Shown: one piece after another, positions 11,001 to 22,550 of the stretch | How positions within the stretch are numbered: the stretch's first letter is position 1 | How the letters are laid out: each line of letters begins with the position of its first letter | Source: a plasmid | Sequence record: NZ_LC532224.1 | DNA length: 64,000 nt | Direction: 5' to 3' (one strand) | Position numbers and translations under genes: made by a program | The notes under the pieces: model-generated | Told to the model about the DNA's origin: nothing | What the model saw: only the letters and a program-made list of their open reading frames with translations | Database searches by the model: none

Positions 11001-11283
11001 CGGCTTTACCCACGTATTTCTCGGTGATCTTCCCACTGACATTCTCGCCTGAATCCGCATTCTTGTACTTCTCAACAATGTCCTGAGCACTGGTTGTCGC
11101 ATTGCGATTTGCGTTAGGATTAGCAAGATTAAAGTTACTTTCGAGCTGGTCAAATATAGCGTCTGCCGCATAAATACGAGGAGTCATTACCATATTTATG
11201 AGAGAGATATAAAAAGCCCAACTCATAGTATTGGCAATCATTGATGCAATAATAGTTGAAGCTATCGTTTTTCTAAGTTTCAT
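8095..11283 (-). CDS. trhN: TraN-like mating-pair-stabilisation protein (long H-type, TrhN-like)
   Basis: 1062-aa ORF with an N-terminal signal/TM segment and an extremely Cys-rich C-terminal half. It sits directly downstream of the TraU homologue, matching the F-like order traW-traU-traN. Confidence 0.7.
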   Translation of the reverse strand: MKLRKTIASTIIASMIANTMSWAFYISLINMVMTPRIYAADAIFDQLESNFNLANPNANRNATTSAQDIVEKYKNADSGENVSGKITEKYVGKAESANLNLGKYGAGNSNESVMKNAASDGKSIGSAVQLPSMSGGTINSNYTKEGAKLLSRDANGNIGISSNPNTTPGTKTNTGEIFSSEQKHSDIKFNAADRYGDEDGFVNDIKNRKSQLFDAQSYDGVAYRTLVNANKDNPASSIKPNDPMFTAGRNEITNAVAGTGNWLQNCNVETSKKTVTTHYPDYKEFYCNSPKQDNFSSCTITRDFSVPVYISGGNGDMSMCGDNCVRIWFGRRDDNYWSDGVYDNELTLKFHPDAKLASAKIVNAEWDDHMRVTLDGTQIFAHIDGAYRESDYPAPKGSWELKKSWKLDKVYDVTDKVRKSVYEEPDREVTMASRVWVGGKGEGYFEVELTFENMKLEDKHVQEPAGCYDAVQAPNTFCRFDRFKDMDVGTKRLPESVLSLAKPLYEGDKGFLTWKTNLEGYFCDPLAKDKICSYDASGKIMKDANGKDLCYNYEEIKSMPDACSAYKNDAACVLDKQTCAEGWFDEGTNSCYMYEQKYTCDRGKDVVREVESSTNACVGMIPCSGGTCETGPKEENNDFGKVAAYSNMVQYMQGEAKCEDPNDANSCSVFEGKPEWCGRSVGFVNGLAKTDCCEAPQGTAGALEGIMLAGSMIRNTNWTRVNAQLIKWTGGDTGTWASMSNAVGEWTASAGKTVGQMWNNVTSSLTSVYENVAGNLSRAVGSSATSGGAGGAGQLAQETMSSFGIGQLKQMAMKKAYELLPDTVRDFVFKNVATTGGEVVFSAAVQNFMLALNVIGWIYTAYQVTKMLLEMLVACDQKEMEASIHKNQKSCFTLDTERCVKYLNVGFTKKCVKKATDMCCYNSMLSRVIMQQAYPQLGIDPVASNCVGLSIKQIQQLDFDKIDLTEWINDAVQVGEVPDQYSKFSEESIVENLPFQNENYQLPSERTKEAMGGEENMIKARQENAQAIKEENVDCSYLPRPAICEVGSTTLDPVTGKQLPKY

Positions 11284-11301
11284 TATTTTTACCCTTAGAA
11301 A

Positions 11302-12363
11302 TCAAGCGCCTGGTATATATCTGACGCAACAGTCATTGTAACGCCACAACATATAGACATAATTATCATTGCCTATTTTTTTGCGCCCACCTTTAAGGGT
11401 TGACCAGTCATGTACCGAATCACCAAGACGATGACAGCAATCCGGCCCTTTCGCCTCAGGAGTTGGGAAAAGCATTGAAAGCCGATACTGGGAACGAGGT
11501 GTAAAGTATTCCCACGTTTTCTCACACATTGCGTCTGCTCCCATCGTTCGCATCAGCATTCCCTGGCGATGTAGTTTAGTCAGAAGACGCTGGGTTATCA
11601 GTGAACTCGTCCTTACAGCGTCATCATTTGCGTAAATGTGGCCGGTTAATGGATAAAGGTTGCCATCGCATCCGGCACAAAAGTATGCAGCGAGATTATC
11701 CTTTCCTGCTGTTACTGCTACACAGTCAGCAGCGCACACCATTGAGGCAATTGGGTTTGCAAAAACTACTGCCTCTGGATTCAGGACGAGTGTAAGCAGA
11801 TCACTTTCCCACATAGGGTCCACTTCGCTTATATAGGTCAGGCTGGCATCTATATAGGGTTCAGCAGTGCACTCGCCAATAATCAGTAATTTGAGCATTG
11901 TCATGATTGGGAACTCCCAAAGATGAACATCGTAAAATCCGGCTTCAGTTGCTGTCATTGGCTGATTTGTGTTGCTTTTACCAATATCAAACTGCGATTT
12001 TTGAAGCATCGTGCCTTCAAGAAAGGGGCTGCACCAGGGGCTCTTTACAACTTCAACAATCTTCACCGGCTGAAAGAAGCTCAATTGCCAACCTATTTCC
12101 GGTACGCCGTTCTGATCTGTGCAGTAGCAACCCGGACGTGAAGGAGCAGCGCCTTCTGGAGCTGCCCCTATGCCCATTATCCTCATGGGAAAAATGCAGC
12201 TCCAACAGATATTCTTAATCAAGCCCTGCCACACTCCAGCTGACTGACACATAGCCCCAGGGACTCCAGCATCTGCTGCCATAGCCATACCCGGTATAGA
12301 AAGCGAAAGCATAACTGCTACAATGAACTCTAAAAGTAACTTTTTGAATTTTTTCACCATCAT
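11302..12363 (-). CDS. trhU: TraU-like pilus assembly protein (TrhU)
   Basis: Conserved TraU blocks ICWSCIFP, LNPEAVxFANPIA and KLHRQGM. The likely start is MMVKKFKK (signal peptide) rather than the longer track ORF. Confidence 0.85.
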   Translation of the reverse strand: MMVKKFKKLLLEFIVAVMLSLSIPGMAMAADAGVPGAMCQSAGVWQGLIKNICWSCIFPMRIMGIGAAPEGAAPSRPGCYCTDQNGVPEIGWQLSFFQPVKIVEVVKSPWCSPFLEGTMLQKSQFDIGKSNTNQPMTATEAGFYDVHLWEFPIMTMLKLLIIGECTAEPYIDASLTYISEVDPMWESDLLTLVLNPEAVVFANPIASMVCAADCVAVTAGKDNLAAYFCAGCDGNLYPLTGHIYANDDAVRTSSLITQRLLTKLHRQGMLMRTMGADAMCEKTWEYFTPRSQYRLSMLFPTPEAKGPDCCHRLGDSVHDWSTLKGGRKKIGNDNYVYMLWRYNDCCVRYIPGA

Positions 12364-12501
12364 GCTCACTTGGATGTAATAAATGTTGCAACACTTTCGA
12401 TATAGTCGACGGCTTTGGTAAAATAACTTCTCATCTGGTCCGGATAATTTAGCGTCAGCCATGTTGCAAAGAGAGCGCCTATAATAAATCCGAGTTTCAT
12501 C

Positions 12502-14025
12502 TTATTTTTCCTCTGAAAGATTTGGGGCTCCGATACCACGGACTTCTGCCTCGCTAAACAGGGTGATCCGGAATTTATCTTGGTCAGTAGTTATAAGCGC
12601 AGGTGTGTTTTTAATCTGAAAGCGTGAGATGATCTGTTCGTTAACTTTAAACACCTTACCGTTAAATTTTTCACGTAAATCATTTAGGTGATCCCATCCA
12701 TTATCTTTTTGGATACGGGTAAACATTGGCATTACTTTTCCACTACCCAGACGTTGTCGATACTGCTGCTCAGCCCATACCAGCTGGCCCGGATTGAGTG
12801 GATCGAAAATTATCATCGTCAGGTTTTGAGGAAATCTCGAAAGTGGATTAATCAACTCACCGGCGGAAGCTATTACACGGCCCTGCTTATCTTTTACGTC
12901 CTGAGTGACCCTCACTGTAGGGTCAATTAAAAATTCTTTGTGTTCCTGGGCAGGAGGGAGGTCGACCATCCATTGATTTTTCCATGTGTCAGAAACGGCC
13001 CTTTTTTTTGCACCTTCCCAGTCATATTTTTGTGCACGTTCTTCCAGTTCTTTAATGATGCTCTTTTCTTCAACGGGATAAGTGGTACCAGCAACCGGGA
13101 AAATATCCTGATCGGGTTTTTTAGCAAGTTCTCGCTGAAAAAACTCAACGTTGAAGGAGCCTACCATTTTTGCAAAACGAGCTTGCTCCCTAGAAATAAT
13201 TGTCGGTACTTGAGTTACTTGATACTGACTGAAGCTATCAGGATCAATTGTAATCAAAGGAGATTCAAATTTTCCTTTGACAATCATTTGGTTTATTGCT
13301 GCCTGTGTCTCTGGTAGCCGAGTAGTTCCTTTCTTTAGACCATTGAAAACTACACGAGCTTTATGCTCTGAGGCCGTACGTAGAAGGTCTTCCAGTACAT
13401 AATCCGGCAAGCTAAATGAAGCAAAGATCGTTATTCCATTTTCAGTTGATAGTGCTTCTTCACGTGTGCTATCCATTTTTCTTTCGAAGTCAGCAGCTGT
13501 GATGCCCGAGGAACCAAACAATTTTTCGATATTTTTAGATTGTCCTCGCATGACTTCCGGCTTATTTTCCACAGCTTTCAGAGCCGCTTCATTAAGGCTG
13601 GCGTTTTCTTGAATTTCATCACGTCTTCTAATTATATCGTTGACAGCTTCAGAGTTATTACTTTGGGCCCTGATAGCCTGGGTATGGTCTATAACTGCTT
13701 GAACACTATCCGCATTCATACCGGGGACGTAACCACGGTTTATTTGCTTGCTCAGGTCCTGGTTTTTTTGGAGTGCTTCAGCTTGCGCTATGTACTTCTG
13801 CACATCTGGTGATTTTAGCGTAGCATCAAGGCTAAGAGCCCCATCTGGCTGCTGTGCACCTTTAGCCTGTGCCCCAAGCCCTTTTGCTTGCTGAGCGATT
13901 AGGTCAGCATCATGTTGATACTCAGTGCTTGCATTTGTATTACTTAAAACTGCACATAACGCAAGTCCAGGAAGTATTGGTAAATATTTTTTATTTACAT
14001 TAAAAGATCGCATATGTTTTCCCAA
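12502..14025 (-). CDS. trhW: TraW/TrbC-like fusion protein (TrhW)
   Basis: Signal peptide. The C-terminal third aligns by eye with F TraW (GELINPL...NPGQLVWAEQQ). The 507-aa length is typical of H-type TrhW. Confidence 0.6.
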   Translation of the reverse strand: MGKHMRSFNVNKKYLPILPGLALCAVLSNTNASTEYQHDADLIAQQAKGLGAQAKGAQQPDGALSLDATLKSPDVQKYIAQAEALQKNQDLSKQINRGYVPGMNADSVQAVIDHTQAIRAQSNNSEAVNDIIRRRDEIQENASLNEAALKAVENKPEVMRGQSKNIEKLFGSSGITAADFERKMDSTREEALSTENGITIFASFSLPDYVLEDLLRTASEHKARVVFNGLKKGTTRLPETQAAINQMIVKGKFESPLITIDPDSFSQYQVTQVPTIISREQARFAKMVGSFNVEFFQRELAKKPDQDIFPVAGTTYPVEEKSIIKELEERAQKYDWEGAKKRAVSDTWKNQWMVDLPPAQEHKEFLIDPTVRVTQDVKDKQGRVIASAGELINPLSRFPQNLTMIIFDPLNPGQLVWAEQQYRQRLGSGKVMPMFTRIQKDNGWDHLNDLREKFNGKVFKVNEQIISRFQIKNTPALITTDQDKFRITLFSEAEVRGIGAPNLSEEK

Positions 14026-14512
14026 TTACTGAATTCAGCTTTACTGTTCCCCAAAAACGGGAATCCCATGAGTGATCGGTTTGCCCAATTAGGAAAACTT
14101 CGCCTTCAGGAATTATCAATTCTTTTTCAATCAAAATGGACGGAATATTGTATTTCTTCGAAATACGACGTGCATTAGCTTCAAAAAATTTGTCCCCGTT
14201 ATAAACCCCATCCATTGTTACTTTAAGTTTGTCACCGCCCACACCGGCAACAATTTTTATGACTCGTTCATTTTCTGGGATAAAACGTACCGATTTCGGC
14301 ATGTTAAATGCTATGAGTTCACCAGTTTTAATACTTTTATCCGAATGATCAATCATATAAAAATCAGCAGGCAGGCACCCATTCAATAAACCGTATCCAA
14401 ATGTATAACGGGTGAAAAAGACACACATAACGAGAATCAGCAATAAAATATTAAGGGGGACATACCAATCCAGTATAAGCAGCCCTCTCTTTTTAGGTAT
14501 GTAGTCGCTCAT
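14000..14512 (-). CDS. trhP: signal-peptidase-I (S26)-like conjugative peptidase (TraF of IncP / TrhP type)
   Basis: N-terminal TM segment, then an S26-like core (GDKL, DHSWDSRFWG) resembling LepB/TraF-RP4. Confidence 0.65.
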   Translation of the reverse strand: MSDYIPKKRGLLILDWYVPLNILLLILVMCVFFTRYTFGYGLLNGCLPADFYMIDHSDKSIKTGELIAFNMPKSVRFIPENERVIKIVAGVGGDKLKVTMDGVYNGDKFFEANARRISKKYNIPSILIEKELIIPEGEVFLIGQTDHSWDSRFWGTVKLNSVIGKTYAIF

Positions 14513-14744
14513 ATTTTTCTCACTGGCACTGAAGAATATTTTTACTAGGCAGATGCACCTCTATCCAAGTAACTATTATCCATGTTTTTCAACGCTCGGA
14601 AGTCTGCAAACTAACCTAATATTCACCTATAAGAATGTTAATTCCTCAGCATGTATACGCAGCTTTGTTAGCGGCCATGAAAGATGCCTTTGGAGCAAAG
14701 TTACTTTCCGACATTAATTTTTCAAAGGTCCAATTATTGGGTAT

Positions 14745-14775
14745 AAAAAAGCCGGGACATAATGTCCCGGCTTTA
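14745..14775 (-). terminator. rho-independent terminator downstream of the Big-domain protein gene
   Basis: Perfect palindrome GCCGGGACAT/ATGTCCCGGC followed by a T-run on the minus strand. Confidence 0.6.
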
Positions 14776-14789
14776 TATTTAAAAATTAA

Positions 14790-17700
14790 CTACTCACTGC
14801 TTGGTATTGATACAGTGTTTTCAGACTTACTTGCCTCTTCAGCCGGTCCGAAAACTGTCACGTGCTGTGTTGCAAAGTCTCCACTATCATCATAAGCAAT
14901 TACTTTTATGTCCTGCTTACCACGGTTAAGGTTTTTAGAAAGTGTTGCCGTACTACCGAAAACGTTCCTTAATTCGCCGTTGATGAACCATTCATATCTA
15001 ACCATTTTTCCATCAGTATCATCACATTTATTGGTAAAGCTCCAGCTTAGGTTGGTTTCCGTGTAGCTCAATGTACAATTAGGCACTGCGTTTTTAACGA
15101 CATCAAACTCAACAGATGCTGAACCTCTCTGTCCAAGTTTACTAACAACATCAATTGTAATCTCGTATTTCTTTTCTTTTAAACCCGAGATCAGTTGAGC
15201 CCAATAATTTTTGCCGCTGGGTATTACTTCACCGTTCACCTTGTATGTGACCGTATCTATCGAGTCCGCCGAATGAGATAGCTTGATGTTTGACCTTAAG
15301 GTTACATCGAGTGGAGCTCTCATATATTTGTTAGAGAACTTGGGTGTCATCTCAACGTTCATTGGCGTTTGTTCATCGACAACAAAGGTATTTTCGATAC
15401 GCTGTTCATTGTTTCGGTTATCTTTGAAAACAACCATCAATGTATATTTGCCAGGATTTTCAATTGTAAATTCTTTGGTGTCACCTTCATCTTTAGTGAT
15501 TACCAGATTCTCTTTGTCGTAGATCCATTCACGGGAATAAGTAACACCAGGATAGTCTCCATCCTTAATACCGCTCAACGCAACGCGTAGGGTGGTCGGT
15601 GCCATGTCGTATTTAAGTTTGGAGCTTATTTTCATCTCGGGAAATTTATAAACCCACGATTTGACAGAAACTCTACGGGTAGAAACCGTATTCTCCTTAT
15701 TGTCCGCTAACCATGCACTGTATTCAAAAGCAGCATATCCCTGTTTATCCAACATTTGCTCAGTAAGGGTAACAGACAGTGAAGAGCCCTTAAATGTCTG
15801 GCCATCCGGTGTTTTCCATTCTTCAACTACGTTATTACCATTCTGGTACTTACTGTTAGGGTTCGTGAACTTACCTTCCAAAGTAACTTTTTGACCAACC
15901 TCTACCTTTGAAACCCCCGTTACCGAGACAGAAAGGCGCTTGGGTTTTGCGGCTGCCAACCGAGCAGACGTTTCCTTCCATGAAGACTCCTCTGCCAGTT
16001 CATCGGAATCAAGGTAACGCATCCGGGCATAAATCGTAGACGGTAGGGTATCAGCTGAAGCCACAGTGTAAGTTGTATCTCCCTGCACCCAGTTGACTTT
16101 ATCCTCTGACCAGAGAACCTCAGCGGTGCCTGCTGGTATAGGTTCATCGTTATCAAGCAGGGTTACAGGTATATCTGAGCCCTGAAGAATGTCTGTAACA
16201 TCTATACTGAGCTTAGGCTGCTTGTAGGTAACTACCGTTAAGGCATCTGTGTAGGAAATCTTGGATGTGAATTTATTAGTCATTTTTGCCCTATAAAGCC
16301 ACTTTCCTACTTCTGTCTTTTTGATACTTACACTTCTCTTTCCGGTCATGTCGGAAAGCATGGTCCAGGTTTGACCATTATCAGAGGACTGCTGCCATTC
16401 GGTGGGGGCGAGTGCATCAGAGTTAGCCGTACTGGCAGATTTGAAGCTTACCAGAGTACTAAGTGGGATCCTTCCGATAATAAGGCTTTTCGACAGGTTA
16501 CCCTCCAGTTCCTCACCTTTATAGATTCGAATGCCTACAGCACTGGTCTCACGTTTCATTTCAAAATCAGAGAATGGCGATCTGACCTTAGCCACACCAA
16601 CCAGACGCATATTACCCAGATCCATATTTTCAATTTTAATCTTGGTTTCGACAATGCCCGCATCATTGACCGGCAATGCTTCAGTCAGCGCAGTTCTTTC
16701 GTATGTAGTTTTATAACGGCCTGTTTCTGGATCTTTGCCGTATACACTTTTTTGAGAGTATATCGTGACGTCCCATTCTCCCATTGTTTTACGGTCAAAT
16801 GCACTTTTACGTGTGGAGTTGTTATAACGCCCCACTGTTACCTTTAAGGGCACTTCAAGAGATGTGGCTGTTTTTTTGTCATCCACTTCCATCGATGCTC
16901 GAATATTGAAATCAGGCACCGTATATACGTTGAGGGTGTCTGTAGTTCTTAATTCTGGATCCTTTGAGTATTCTACAGCTATGTCAAAGACGTTCTTTGT
17001 CCACAATGGTGCAGCAGCAACCTTGACCCTTTGTACAAAGGTCGTTGCATCGTTGTTTGAGGAACGATTTTTAAATGACGTTTTGACAGCCTCAGAGCCG
17101 TTTTGAGAGACGATCATCGTAACGTCAGCTGGTACCACCTTCGCTAATATTCGAGCGGCCTCCCCCCCGGTCGTATAAGCCAGAGCAGTGTTCGGATTGA
17201 TGCCTGCTATGACTTTATTCTTTTTGTAAGAGATGATCGGGTTGTATGGTAATTGTGTGGTCAGAGTACGGCGATTCCTTGCGGAAACCGCTTTAGAGCC
17301 CTTCCCGTTAATCATATAGACTTGATAGTCGAGCAGATTCTCACCTGTTTTATTAAAGAATCCAGTTAGACCCGGGGTACGTCCTTTAAAATAGAACTCC
17401 AACCCATCAGGGACATTGTTCCACTGAGGGTAGCATGCTGTAACATCTGATTTTTCCCCATACCAGGCGAGGTAAGCATTCGCATTTTCCTCTGTGGTAA
17501 ACAGAGTGCATTTATCACCAGCTGTTTGACTAAGCAGGTCCGTATACTGACGTACGCGCGAGTAAAGAGTTACGTTTTTTTCCAGATTCTTAAGAGTGAA
17601 TCCAGTAGGTTGATAAGTGAACACGGTACTGAAATTTACGTTTTTTCCATAAAGGTTTTCAGCCACCACAGTAATCTCGTGATCCGAATTAACTGCTAAA

Positions 17701-19094
17701 TCGTCTCCAACCGGCAGGTAGTAAATACCTTTATAATTTGTAGGTGTTAACGAAACTACTTTGTTGTCTATTGTTACTGATTTTATGTCAGCAACCCCAG
17801 CCTGCCCCTGGAAAGCTGCAACGATAATCTCGTTCAGGAAGTATACGGGTGCTCGTTTAGTTAATACCTGCCCATCTTTGAGAACCATAAGCGTTGGGTT
17901 ATCAGACAGCATCAGTTTGCTTTCAGGCTCAGTGTACGTAGAAGAGTTTTTGCTCGTATTTTCTACTGTAAAAGTCGCTGCGTAGGACCCGTTTATAAGA
18001 TCCGTTAAGTCAAAGATATAGAGGTACTCATCACCGACTTTTTGAGGTCCACTTACCGGCTGTAAAGTTCTACGTAAAGGGGTTGCCCAGGACTGTTTGA
18101 AATCAATCTCAGTGCCATCATCTAAAGTCACTTTAGTCGTCGGCTTAAACACGCCATCCGGAGTCATAGTGAGCGACATAGCTGTTGGGAGCCACCATTC
18201 ACCTTCTGTTTCTTGCTGGGGTACCTTAACGGCCACAGCAACGGTTTTGGCTCCGGTATAGATGTCCTGGCCACCTACTTTGATTGTTTTAGCCTCATCG
18301 GTAAAATTCCAAAGTGTATGGTCTACTACAGGAGGCCGATAATCCCAGTTAACAACAAGCTTTTTGGATTCAGGAGGTGCGAAATAATTATTCTTAGAGT
18401 TTGCTGTAATTGTGATATCACGTGAACCCAAAAGTTCATCTGTATCACTGGCCTTAATGCTTCCAACTTCAATGGTACAGGAAGTTCCGCCAATAGGTAC
18501 TTCACAGGCGGAGCCTGAACCTATTGAGATGTATTGAATATAATTGCGGGGTTCAACAGAAACAGCGATATCTTTGATCGCTTCATCCTTTAAATACGAT
18601 TTGAAAGAAAAGCCGTCATAGACTAATCCGTTCAGGGATGATTTAAGACCGGTGATAGTTGGTTTTACCGGTGCCACACTTTTGATTGAATATTCACCTT
18701 TTACTATTTCAACTTTTTTCCGTTCAGAACCAGAGAAGTAAGAAATCTTGTAAGGTAGTTTTAAATCACCGGTGGTGTTGGGAACGCCTGAAAGAGTGAA
18801 GCCGTTAGAAGTTAATCCCAAGGTATTGGGTAACCACTCAAAAAAACAAACGAGGTTATCAACAGAGGAAGTCGCTCGATCATCAACCGTTACATTACAG
18901 GCTGTGCCTGCACCTGAGGCAGTGATAGTGTTAGAATTAACGTATGCAACAAAGTCGCCCGGCCCCGGGTCAAAGGATACGGCTGGCAAATCAGCCTGTA
19001 GCTTTCCTGAAATCATAATCGCTTCAGCATAGACCGCTTTAATCGGAGCAATTAAAGAAAACAACAGGGCTAAACCTAAACCTGATTTTCTCAT
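14790..19094 (-). CDS. very large secreted bacterial Ig-like (Big) domain protein, RSP-like
   Basis: 1434 aa with a signal peptide (LFSLIAPIKAVYA). It has a repetitive beta-rich, Thr/Ser/Val-rich composition typical of tandem Ig-like domains. It sits adjacent to T4SS genes, as the RSP protein does on IncHI plasmids. Confidence 0.55.
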   Translation of the reverse strand: MRKSGLGLALLFSLIAPIKAVYAEAIMISGKLQADLPAVSFDPGPGDFVAYVNSNTITASGAGTACNVTVDDRATSSVDNLVCFFEWLPNTLGLTSNGFTLSGVPNTTGDLKLPYKISYFSGSERKKVEIVKGEYSIKSVAPVKPTITGLKSSLNGLVYDGFSFKSYLKDEAIKDIAVSVEPRNYIQYISIGSGSACEVPIGGTSCTIEVGSIKASDTDELLGSRDITITANSKNNYFAPPESKKLVVNWDYRPPVVDHTLWNFTDEAKTIKVGGQDIYTGAKTVAVAVKVPQQETEGEWWLPTAMSLTMTPDGVFKPTTKVTLDDGTEIDFKQSWATPLRRTLQPVSGPQKVGDEYLYIFDLTDLINGSYAATFTVENTSKNSSTYTEPESKLMLSDNPTLMVLKDGQVLTKRAPVYFLNEIIVAAFQGQAGVADIKSVTIDNKVVSLTPTNYKGIYYLPVGDDLAVNSDHEITVVAENLYGKNVNFSTVFTYQPTGFTLKNLEKNVTLYSRVRQYTDLLSQTAGDKCTLFTTEENANAYLAWYGEKSDVTACYPQWNNVPDGLEFYFKGRTPGLTGFFNKTGENLLDYQVYMINGKGSKAVSARNRRTLTTQLPYNPIISYKKNKVIAGINPNTALAYTTGGEAARILAKVVPADVTMIVSQNGSEAVKTSFKNRSSNNDATTFVQRVKVAAAPLWTKNVFDIAVEYSKDPELRTTDTLNVYTVPDFNIRASMEVDDKKTATSLEVPLKVTVGRYNNSTRKSAFDRKTMGEWDVTIYSQKSVYGKDPETGRYKTTYERTALTEALPVNDAGIVETKIKIENMDLGNMRLVGVAKVRSPFSDFEMKRETSAVGIRIYKGEELEGNLSKSLIIGRIPLSTLVSFKSASTANSDALAPTEWQQSSDNGQTWTMLSDMTGKRSVSIKKTEVGKWLYRAKMTNKFTSKISYTDALTVVTYKQPKLSIDVTDILQGSDIPVTLLDNDEPIPAGTAEVLWSEDKVNWVQGDTTYTVASADTLPSTIYARMRYLDSDELAEESSWKETSARLAAAKPKRLSVSVTGVSKVEVGQKVTLEGKFTNPNSKYQNGNNVVEEWKTPDGQTFKGSSLSVTLTEQMLDKQGYAAFEYSAWLADNKENTVSTRRVSVKSWVYKFPEMKISSKLKYDMAPTTLRVALSGIKDGDYPGVTYSREWIYDKENLVITKDEGDTKEFTIENPGKYTLMVVFKDNRNNEQRIENTFVVDEQTPMNVEMTPKFSNKYMRAPLDVTLRSNIKLSHSADSIDTVTYKVNGEVIPSGKNYWAQLISGLKEKKYEITIDVVSKLGQRGSASVEFDVVKNAVPNCTLSYTETNLSWSFTNKCDDTDGKMVRYEWFINGELRNVFGSTATLSKNLNRGKQDIKVIAYDDSGDFATQHVTVFGPAEEASKSENTVSIPSSE

Positions 19095-19189
19095 GACGAA
19101 TACCTGTTTTTCTGAGCAAAATTAAACTCACTTTACGATGAAAAACAGAAATATCCGTTCGTATAACATTTAAAAAAACCTGTATTTTT

Positions 19190-20532
<1,343 letters not shown>

Positions 20533-20894
20533 CTAGACTTAACGATGTTAAAATTTTGGTTGTATTAAAATCCTCCTGCGAAAGTGAAATCATCCATGTA
20601 TTATCTTTATGATAGTCGGTGATATAAATAAAATGAGATGTAAAAGGCGTTGAGTGATTGAACTCTCCTAAGTTCCATCCATACTGTCTCACTGTATTTG
20701 AGCTAAGTTCTTTGTCGGTAATGTTCATAATTCATACCTTTCGATAAAGTCTGTAATGATAATTAGCTATCTCAAAGGCCCAGAACAACTCTTGAAATAA
20801 CCTCACTCGAAGAATTTATCATATTGAACACCCCTACCTAATAACCTTGCCGACTTAATAAATCACAATAGCCCTCCCCTGTCATTTTAAAACG

Positions 20895-21386
20895 CTACTT
20901 GAATTTTTGATAGCTTATAGTTGTTTTACGTTCTTTGTGATACTCATATGTCATCTTCTCTTTCCAGTACCAATCTTGTAAATCCTGCAAGTCTAGCCCA
21001 TTTTTCTCACGTATGCTTTCGTGTAATTCGCTAAGCGCGAGTTTATCATTAGGTTTATAAATGGCTAATTTTTCTTCAAATAAATCCAGCCAACGTTTCC
21101 CCATCTTTCGACGCAAAACAAACACCATCGTGATAATTGTACTGAAATGCACAGCAATTAGTTCCAACTTATGCGATTGCTGACCAGATAAAATTACTAT
21201 TGTAACAACAGGGATGGCCGTATATAAAGCAATCAAAGCGACCATAAGTTGATATGGTTTTTCCCGTATTACCATGTCCATGGGTAAACCAGAGGACGCT
21301 ACTGCTTGCCAAAATCTTAAATACCTTCCGATGGACTTAAACCTTTTCCCGTTTTTATGCATAAACCTGTTTTTATTTACTATCAT
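20895..21386 (-). CDS. hypothetical membrane protein (2 TM)
   Basis: 163-aa ORF with two hydrophobic helices. Confidence 0.45.
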   Translation of the reverse strand: MIVNKNRFMHKNGKRFKSIGRYLRFWQAVASSGLPMDMVIREKPYQLMVALIALYTAIPVVTIVILSGQQSHKLELIAVHFSTIITMVFVLRRKMGKRWLDLFEEKLAIYKPNDKLALSELHESIREKNGLDLQDLQDWYWKEKMTYEYHKERKTTISYQKFK

Positions 21387-21470
21387 GTTAGACCTCTATT
21401 TTTCTGTAATTCTAGAAGAATGTTACCTTAACCCTTAACAGGGATAACACCGCATGTATTATCTCCATAA

Positions 21471-21986
21471 TCAAAGCGCAGGGCCGGTAATAAAAAGTAC
21501 CATACCATCGATGTGTAGTTCGTTCAGTGCATCCCTGTCCGTGGATAGCTTTCTAATGTTGTCAGGAGTTGCATCAATCGGGTATAAATCTTGCGTCAGT
21601 TTGACGAGATTCTTCTCAGTGCAGGTAAGACCGCCTTCAGCGAGAGTGCGCAGGTAATCACTAAACACGACTTCTTTTTCATCAGAGGTAAGTCGCTCGA
21701 AGTACCCCATATGTTCGGACGTGAAATTCTCATCTGCAATACTTCTCACTACTGAGATGATATCCGACCTTATGACCAACTCCCGCACCGCAGCATAAAA
21801 AATCCTGCCGTAATGTCCTGACACGTTTTCCTTTGCGAGCCACCAGCGCTCATCCGTGGTAACGGGTACTGTGGTCGGGGATGCCAGTAGCAGAACGGGG
21901 CTTAAACCGGATCGCGATAACCCTTCAGCAAAAGCTTCTTCAGGAAGACTGCTAACAGGCTTGCCTTGATAACGTGCTTCTACCAT
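21471..21986 (-). CDS. hypothetical protein
   Basis: 171-aa ORF in a co-directional string with the 1111-aa gene. Confidence 0.45.
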   Translation of the reverse strand: MVEARYQGKPVSSLPEEAFAEGLSRSGLSPVLLLASPTTVPVTTDERWWLAKENVSGHYGRIFYAAVRELVIRSDIISVVRSIADENFTSEHMGYFERLTSDEKEVVFSDYLRTLAEGGLTCTEKNLVKLTQDLYPIDATPDNIRKLSTDRDALNELHIDGMVLFITGPAL

Positions 21987-22093
21987 CTATGCTTCTCCTT
22001 TCTGATGTAGGCATGACTGCCTTCTATTTAAGCAATCAGTAAACCGGATTGAGCTGAGCAACGTTATCCTTCTCCCATCATTGCTTGCCACTT

Positions 22094-22405
22094 TTACCAT
22101 AAGCGCCAAACAATTAGCCCCATTATTCCGGTTGTAAACTGAACCTTAACACTAACCAGTATGAATCGGTCATCTGGGGCAAAGTGTCCACCGGGTTGAA
22201 GTAGCCAGGTTGTTAGCGGCGGATGGAAAGCCAGTACGAATCCGTAAACTATAAAAGCCAAGCTCAGTAAAAGAAGGAGCATGCGCCCAATACGTTTGAG
22301 TTGATAAGATAAACTCGCGCTAGTTTTTCGTGGGGGTACGATATGGTCTTTCAACACTGTCTCCTTGCCAGCAAATGCCGAAGCGCTGGCATAAAGATTA
22401 AACAA
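22094..22405 (-). CDS. hypothetical small membrane protein
   Basis: 103-aa ORF with a central TM segment (MLLLLLSLAFIVYGFVLAF). Confidence 0.4.
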   Translation of the reverse strand: MFNLYASASAFAGKETVLKDHIVPPRKTSASLSYQLKRIGRMLLLLLSLAFIVYGFVLAFHPPLTTWLLQPGGHFAPDDRFILVSVKVQFTTGIMGLIVWRLW

Positions 22406-22550
22406 TTTTTATGCCAGTTACTCCGGCGAGATGGGTGATAATCCTCGTTGCCATCATAAAGCCTTATCTCTTTCAAATTTGAGCGATAAGGGGTCTTTGA
22501 GCCTGTAATGGCTTTTTGTTTGATGTTTTGATGGCACCTGCCCCCGCGTT

